From the NCBI RefSeq assembly GCF_006345805.1, contig NW_021824115.1, positions 1 to 22,935 of the forward strand: DNA of 22,935 nt, written 5' to 3'. How positions within the stretch are numbered: position 1 is the first letter of the stretch; each line of letters starts with the position of its first letter. This document shows, piece after piece, positions 21,219 through 22,935 of the stretch. The position numbers were made by a program, and so were the translations under genes. Origin of the DNA: Octopus sinensis. Lineage: Eukaryota. The notes under the pieces are model-generated. The model saw nothing but the letters and a program-made list of their open reading frames with translations. It was not told the origin of the DNA and did not search any database.

Positions 21219-21890
21219 TCGGTATTGTTAAAATCACACCCAATCGATCTGAATCAAAGATAGAAGTCACATTAGACAATGTAGTCCTAGGTGCATTGCG
21301 CTTGTATAAAAGGCAAAATGGCTTTGCTAACATCATGATATATCGTCTACAAAATGTGTCTAAAATCTCACATTCGATAGCGTAAGCCTTGATACATTGC
21401 GACTGAATATCATGCAAAACTGTAACGAGAAAACCGCTTTTGATGTTCGTGTCTGCTCAATCAGGCTTCGCCTCGATACTACACGACTACACAGCATAAA
21501 AGCAACTCAACAAATATGACTGTTATCTTCGTTGAAGTCTAGTAAATAAACTAAAGTACCCAGGCTGCTGCAAGCAACGTAGAATCCTATTATGTTGCCC
21601 ACCTCCTCATCACAAATTTAGTGTTTTATCTAACTGATACGATTTATTTAGTGCAAGGAGGAGAGAGAGAGGAGAAGGAGAAGGATTAGATGATAAAAAT
21701 AGTACAGGTGAGAGGAGATAATAATAATATCGTTAAAATTTGTAGTTATTTTATCTTATCAGCATTTTATTTTTCGCCCAACATCTGTTATTACGATTGT
21801 TATCAGTTTATTTCAAAAAAATTTTTTAAGAGTGTATGTATATGTGTGTGTGTGTTTATGTATAAGAGGATGTGGGCGTTGTTAAACCAA

Positions 21891-21960
21891 ATGGTTAAGG
21901 AGCTTGCTTAGCAACCACGAGCGCCTAAGTTCGATCCCACTGCGAAGTGTCTTGGGCCGA
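21891..21960 (+). mobile_element. Family B SINE head fragment with deletions
   Basis: ATGGTTAAGGAGCTTGCTTAGCAACCAC...AAGTTCGATCCCACTGCG...GTGTCTTGGGCCGA. Confidence 0.65.
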
Positions 21961-22043
21961 TGTCATTTTTCTATAACTTCGAGTTGGACCGATACCTTTG
22001 TGTGTCAAAATGGTGGAATGTCATGATAGCTGATAAGAGCAGA

Positions 22044-22197
22044 AAGCGGCAAAATGCTCAGTGGTATTCCGCATATCGCTACGTTCTGAGTTCAAATTCC
22101 ACCGAGATCGACTTTGCCTTTTATCCTTTCGGGGTCGATAAATTAAGTACCAGTGAAACACGCAAAATCCAGGCCTCGTGCCTATAGTAGAAAGGAC
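22044..22197 (+). mobile_element. 5'-truncated family A (A2-tail) SINE with a 16-bp target-site duplication
   Basis: GAGTTCAAATTCC...GACTTTGCCTTTTATCCTTTCGGGGTCGATAAATTAAGTACCAG...CCTATAGTAGAAAGG, flanked by identical AGCTGATAAGAGCAGA at 22028-22043 and 22198-22213. Confidence 0.8.
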
Positions 22198-22822
22198 AGC
22201 TGATAAGAGCAGATTTGCATTAACGAGCGAAGTAGGGATGCTAAGCAGTCATGTGTATAAATGCAATGTTATTACAGTTCAAATATACTTGTGGCACGTT
22301 CGAACTCGTAAACAAGCCATTCACTGTGTTTTGTCATGGGGAATATTTCTTGTTGTAGACAAATGGCACAAATGCACGTAAATCAGTTCTTAGTGCCACA
22401 TTGCTTAAAGTTCCCACTTGGCAATTTGGTTAAGGTGAGCCACTGTATATTGCTAATCAGTCACTAATGGGTAACCGAAAATCGTAGAGAAGCCTGACTA
22501 ATGGATTGTGCTTGTAATTCAAAAGGTAAGGCTTTGTCACCTAATCTATCTCGTGGACTGTACCTGAAAATTATGATTAGTATTAACATGTTTGAGAGTT
22601 TAAACACTTAAGCCTTAATTCGGGAGGAGATAAATCAGTTGAGCGAGCAAGTAAATCCTCCACGATGAGCGACGGAGTTCCACTACTACCATACGGCAAT
22701 GAAATGGCAGAATCGAGAGAAACCAGTCATGAATGCCCTTGTGTCATTTACTTGCGCTACTTTACGTTTTGCGTTGAACCCCTGCAGAATTAACATTATG
22801 TTATATCGTTCTGCTGTGAAAA

Positions 22823-22881
22823 GCGTGCGTCCTAGGGGTTAAGATTTTCGGCTTACGATCGCAGAGTCATGATTCAGACCC
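22823..22881 (+). mobile_element. Possible diverged tRNA-like SINE head
   Basis: A-box-like GTCCTAGGGGTTAAG and B-box-like GATTCAGACCC at tRNA-like spacing; single copy in the window. Confidence 0.3.
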
Positions 22882-22935
22882 TAGTCTAGATTGCGAATCC
22901 TCTGTACCCCAGAATGGTTCAGCTCTCCACCGTTA

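Noticed and set aside
20977-21417. 146-aa minus-strand ORF, with an overlapping short open frame on +
   Set aside because: It runs through an (ATT)n tract into a SINE, and the unique part has no recognisable motif or splice context.

Overview
Eukaryotic, AT-rich, non-coding window with no intact host gene. It is dominated by compound microsatellites and interspersed repeats; the repeat content suggests an octopus or other coleoid cephalopod (inference from recalled repeat families, not checked). Supported content: (1) many copies of a tRNA-derived SINE, here called family A, with a Meta/Sauria-like central domain, including two head-to-tail concatemers (1541-2887, 9375-10211) that reuse two fixed junctions; (2) copies of a CORE-like SINE, here called family B, including a head-to-head fold-back pair; (3) a decayed Penelope-like RT + GIY-YIG retroelement (5950-7326); (4) Tc1/mariner-superfamily MITEs and a transposase remnant. 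The most interesting signal is a cluster of sequence-diverse minimal type I hammerhead-ribozyme motifs with palindromic stem III. Two of them lie in the arms of separate long palindromic elements (7443-7923 and 17141-17440), and one carries a compensatory U3-A8 core variant. Nearly all ORFs in the supplied track are microsatellite or repeat artefacts. All alignments and folds were done by eye.
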